Shown piece after piece: positions 61,442-64,000 of a stretch of 64,000 nt of DNA. The notes under the pieces were generated by a model that saw nothing but the letters and a program-made list of their open reading frames with translations, had not been told where the DNA came from and did no database searches. The first letter of the stretch is position 1, and each line of letters begins with the position of its first letter. The position numbers and the translations under genes were made by a program. Source of the DNA: a virus; IMG/VR virus record IMGVR_UViG_3300002461_000585, positions 528 to 64,527 of that record. One strand, given 5' to 3'.

Positions 61442-61728
61442 TTGAACTCCGCTGTGTTGATGAGTTGGACAAGGCGCTTGCTGAACTCGGTGACGAACTT
61501 CTCGTCTTTCCAGAGGGGGTGGCCCATGCTGTAGAGGATGGCGTGCGTGGACTCGTGCCAGAAGGTTTGCTGAATGGCCTGGGGCTTGCGCAGGCCTTTA
61601 CGGTCGCCGATGGCGATCTCCATGAATGCGACCCCGGGGTACAGCCAGCCGCTCTTGCTCGTGCCCGTGAGGCAAGTGCCCACTTGGTACTGCTGGTGCC
61701 CCAGCTTGAACTTGTAAGGAAGGATCAT
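61438..61728 (-). CDS. Small HExxH metallopeptidase-like protein
   Basis: TFWHESTHAIL motif. Confidence 0.65.
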   Translation of the reverse strand: MILPYKFKLGHQQYQVGTCLTGTSKSGWLYPGVAFMEIAIGDRKGLRKPQAIQQTFWHESTHAILYSMGHPLWKDEKFVTEFSKRLVQLINTAEFK

Positions 61729-61739
61729 TGTTTCTCCTG

Positions 61740-63869
61740 TTAGTTTTTCGCGATTCCATATCGACGATGAAAGCCACCGTCAGCTGCCAGCGGAATGCCC
61801 GGCATGTAAGGGGGTTCCTCGGTCATGCGCCGGATCATCCAGCCCAGAGCCTTCTCGCCCTCTTCCTTCTTCACGATGCCCAGACCTTCGTCGTGCACCG
61901 TACCCACGAGCGGAATCCTCGTGGAGACCTTCAGCAACCCGTCGGTCATCACGATTCGCGCAAGCGCCTGGGTCACGTTGTTCGTGACTTTGCCGGCGTA
62001 GAGCTTCGTTGTCTCTGCACCGTCGCCATACACCCACTGCTTGCGCTTCACACCGCGCTCGGCGGCTTCCTTGTCCTCTTCTTGGCGAAGGTTAGGATAC
62101 CGGATTGACATGCCGTTGGGAAGCACGATCTCTTCTTTTCGGAAGAGCAGTGCGCCCTTGTGGTCGTACTCCTGACCGTCGGCCAGCGCGCTGTGGATCA
62201 GCTGCGTGCACATCTCCCAGAACCCCACCACAGGTGCTGCCGTCGCACGGTAGACGTCGATGATCTTCTTGGCCGCCACGCAGTGGACCAGCAGTTCCTG
62301 CTTCGTGCAGTTGTGCGGGATCTCGGCCAGCTGCTTGAGGTTCTCGTCCCAGTCCAGGAACTTCTCGATGTACGCAGCGGTGACGCCCAGCTTCTTGGCG
62401 AAGGCGATGTCGTAGCGCACGGGCGGAGCGCCCAGGAAACCCACCAGAAGCTGCGCAGCGAAGCTCGCCCACCCCAGGCCATACCCAGCCCCCAGCAACG
62501 CGCTCTTGGCGCTCTGACGCAGGTCTGGGTGGTCCTTCTTGTTGAGGCCGGGCAAGTTGAACATCTGCGAGCCGAACATGGCGTAGGCGTCCTGGCCCGA
62601 GCGGAAGATCTCGAGCAGTTCGTCGTAGTCGGACAACCACGCCAGCACGCGCGGCTCGATCTGGGACAAGTCCACCACCACAATGACGTAGCCCTCGGGT
62701 GCCATGATCGCCTTGCGCAGGAACGAGCCCCGCTTCAGATTCTGCATGTTGATGGCCGCCCCCTTGGCTGCAGCCCAGCGCCCGGTGATGGCGCCGTAGT
62801 AGTGCAGCGGCACGGGCAGCGTGCCCCGGTGGGAGATGTCGAGGAAGCGTTGGGCCCGCGTGCGCTCGGTGGTCGACTTGACCTTCAGCCGCGCCTCGCA
62901 CAGGGAGACGATGTTGTCGTCCTCGTGCGCCAGCATGGCCTGGAAGCCCGCGTCGTTCTTGGCGAACGCGTAGTTGAAACCGACAGGGTTCGGCGTCTTG
63001 ACGGTGGGGTTCTTTTTCTTCATCGGCGGCTCCACGCCCAGACCGCGCAGGATGTCTGCGAATCGATCGTTGCTGGCCAAGTCCGAGTCCGTGATCCCCA
63101 AGCGCGCCAGCAGCTTCTCGCGTGTGTCCTTCTCCTCTTCCAGCGCGTCGCCCAGCATCTCCGGATCGAGCTCCAGCAAGGGCCGGGTGAACATGCGCAG
63201 CGTCATGTCGATGAGGCGCAGTTCCTTGATGGGGTATCTCCACCGGCGCATGTCGTAGGCGTCGTCGAAGTCGGCCCAGTCAGCGCCGTTCTCATCGGCC
63301 GCCAGCAAGTCCGCGCTGCCCCGACACATCATCAGGAACCGCTTGAACACCTCCTCGCACAGCCACACGTCGTGGTTGCAGTACTCGGCCAGCTGGCGCT
63401 CGATGTGCGGAGGAAGTTCCCACAGGCCGTCCGAGAGACCGATGGCACTGCCCTTCTCCGGCAGGCCGAAGTCCTTGGCCAACGCGTCCAGGCTGTTCTT
63501 GCCCTTGGTGCCGCGCAGCGCCCGGGACATGGACAGCGTGTCGAAGATGAACGCCGGCTGGATGCCGTAGTGCCACGAGAGGATCGACACGTCGAACGCC
63601 GCGTTGTGGCAGACCACCGCCGTCTTGGTCCAGTCGTAGGTCTTGAGCACCTTGCGCAACTCGTCGGGGCGGTACCACTGGGCCACAGCCGAGTCGGGCT
63701 TGAACTGCTTCACCGAGGCGCCGAAGTCCTTGAACAACTTCGAGCGCACGTACTCCTCGGTGGTGGTCTTGCGCAGCGTGTACCCGTCGGGGCACCATGG
63801 CTGCGGCTTCTGCGCATAGCGCGTCTCGAAGTCCACCACCAGGATCTGGTTGAACGGAACTCCCATCAC
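61740..63869 (-). CDS. polA: Family A DNA polymerase with 3'-5' exonuclease
   Basis: VDFET, HNAAFD (exo); DLSQIEPR (A), RQSAKSALLGAGYG (B), VHDE (C). Confidence 0.95.
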   Translation of the reverse strand: MMGVPFNQILVVDFETRYAQKPQPWCPDGYTLRKTTTEEYVRSKLFKDFGASVKQFKPDSAVAQWYRPDELRKVLKTYDWTKTAVVCHNAAFDVSILSWHYGIQPAFIFDTLSMSRALRGTKGKNSLDALAKDFGLPEKGSAIGLSDGLWELPPHIERQLAEYCNHDVWLCEEVFKRFLMMCRGSADLLAADENGADWADFDDAYDMRRWRYPIKELRLIDMTLRMFTRPLLELDPEMLGDALEEEKDTREKLLARLGITDSDLASNDRFADILRGLGVEPPMKKKNPTVKTPNPVGFNYAFAKNDAGFQAMLAHEDDNIVSLCEARLKVKSTTERTRAQRFLDISHRGTLPVPLHYYGAITGRWAAAKGAAINMQNLKRGSFLRKAIMAPEGYVIVVVDLSQIEPRVLAWLSDYDELLEIFRSGQDAYAMFGSQMFNLPGLNKKDHPDLRQSAKSALLGAGYGLGWASFAAQLLVGFLGAPPVRYDIAFAKKLGVTAAYIEKFLDWDENLKQLAEIPHNCTKQELLVHCVAAKKIIDVYRATAAPVVGFWEMCTQLIHSALADGQEYDHKGALLFRKEEIVLPNGMSIRYPNLRQEEDKEAAERGVKRKQWVYGDGAETTKLYAGKVTNNVTQALARIVMTDGLLKVSTRIPLVGTVHDEGLGIVKKEEGEKALGWMIRRMTEEPPYMPGIPLAADGGFHRRYGIAKN

Positions 63870-64000
63870 TGCACCGGGGTGTCAGGGCGGGGCTCGTGAC
63901 CTTGCAGCGTGTGCTGCAACGCGAAGCCGAGCATGCGTTCGGGTTCCCCCTGGAAGACGTTGAAGCCGTGGATCTCCATGCTGTTGGTGTCGCGCATGAC
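63866..64000 (-). CDS. 3' end of a hypothetical protein entering from the right edge
   Basis: Open frame ...MEIHGFNVFQGEPERMLG...VQ* overlapping the polA start (GTGATG). Confidence 0.55.
   Translation of the reverse strand, partial: VMRDTNSMEIHGFNVFQGEPERMLGFALQHTLQGHEPRPDTPVQ

Overview
The window is a 64-kb stretch of a GC-rich tailed dsDNA bacteriophage genome. The gene set (P22/T7-like adaptor, tail tubular and ejection proteins; no tape measure or sheath) suggests a podovirus-like virion and probably a proteobacterial host; both are inferences. There are three blocks. (1) 1-18.3 kb: a leftward array of about 45 mostly small early/accessory genes, including DUF932, a Cys-rich protein, a 681-aa protein, a NUMOD4-HNH and a Rap1a-like secreted immunity protein. 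(2) 18.6-51.8 kb: rightward morphogenesis genes (terminase, portal, GroES-like co-chaperonin, scaffold, capsid, adaptors, segmented tail fibre, holin/GH108 endolysin, ejection proteins and a 2,713-aa polyvalent virion protein). (3) 51.7-64 kb: leftward replication genes (primase-helicase, HTH, SSB-like, exonuclease, DUF2829/Tad2-like, SNF2 helicase, PD-(D/E)XK nuclease, family A DNA polymerase). The most striking unexplained structure is a family of modular intergenic elements confined to the early arm. It is built from a stop-codon-adjacent 13-mer TCCRACCGGTGTC (5 copies), a palindrome GTGAGC-N3-GCTCAC (11 copies), a co-varying 7-bp hairpin with a CGGYY loop (6 copies) and an extended Shine-Dalgarno CATCAGGAG, present in shuffled order. 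I saw no integrase, tRNA, CRISPR array or RNA polymerase. Family calls come from motif recognition by eye; no database search was run.
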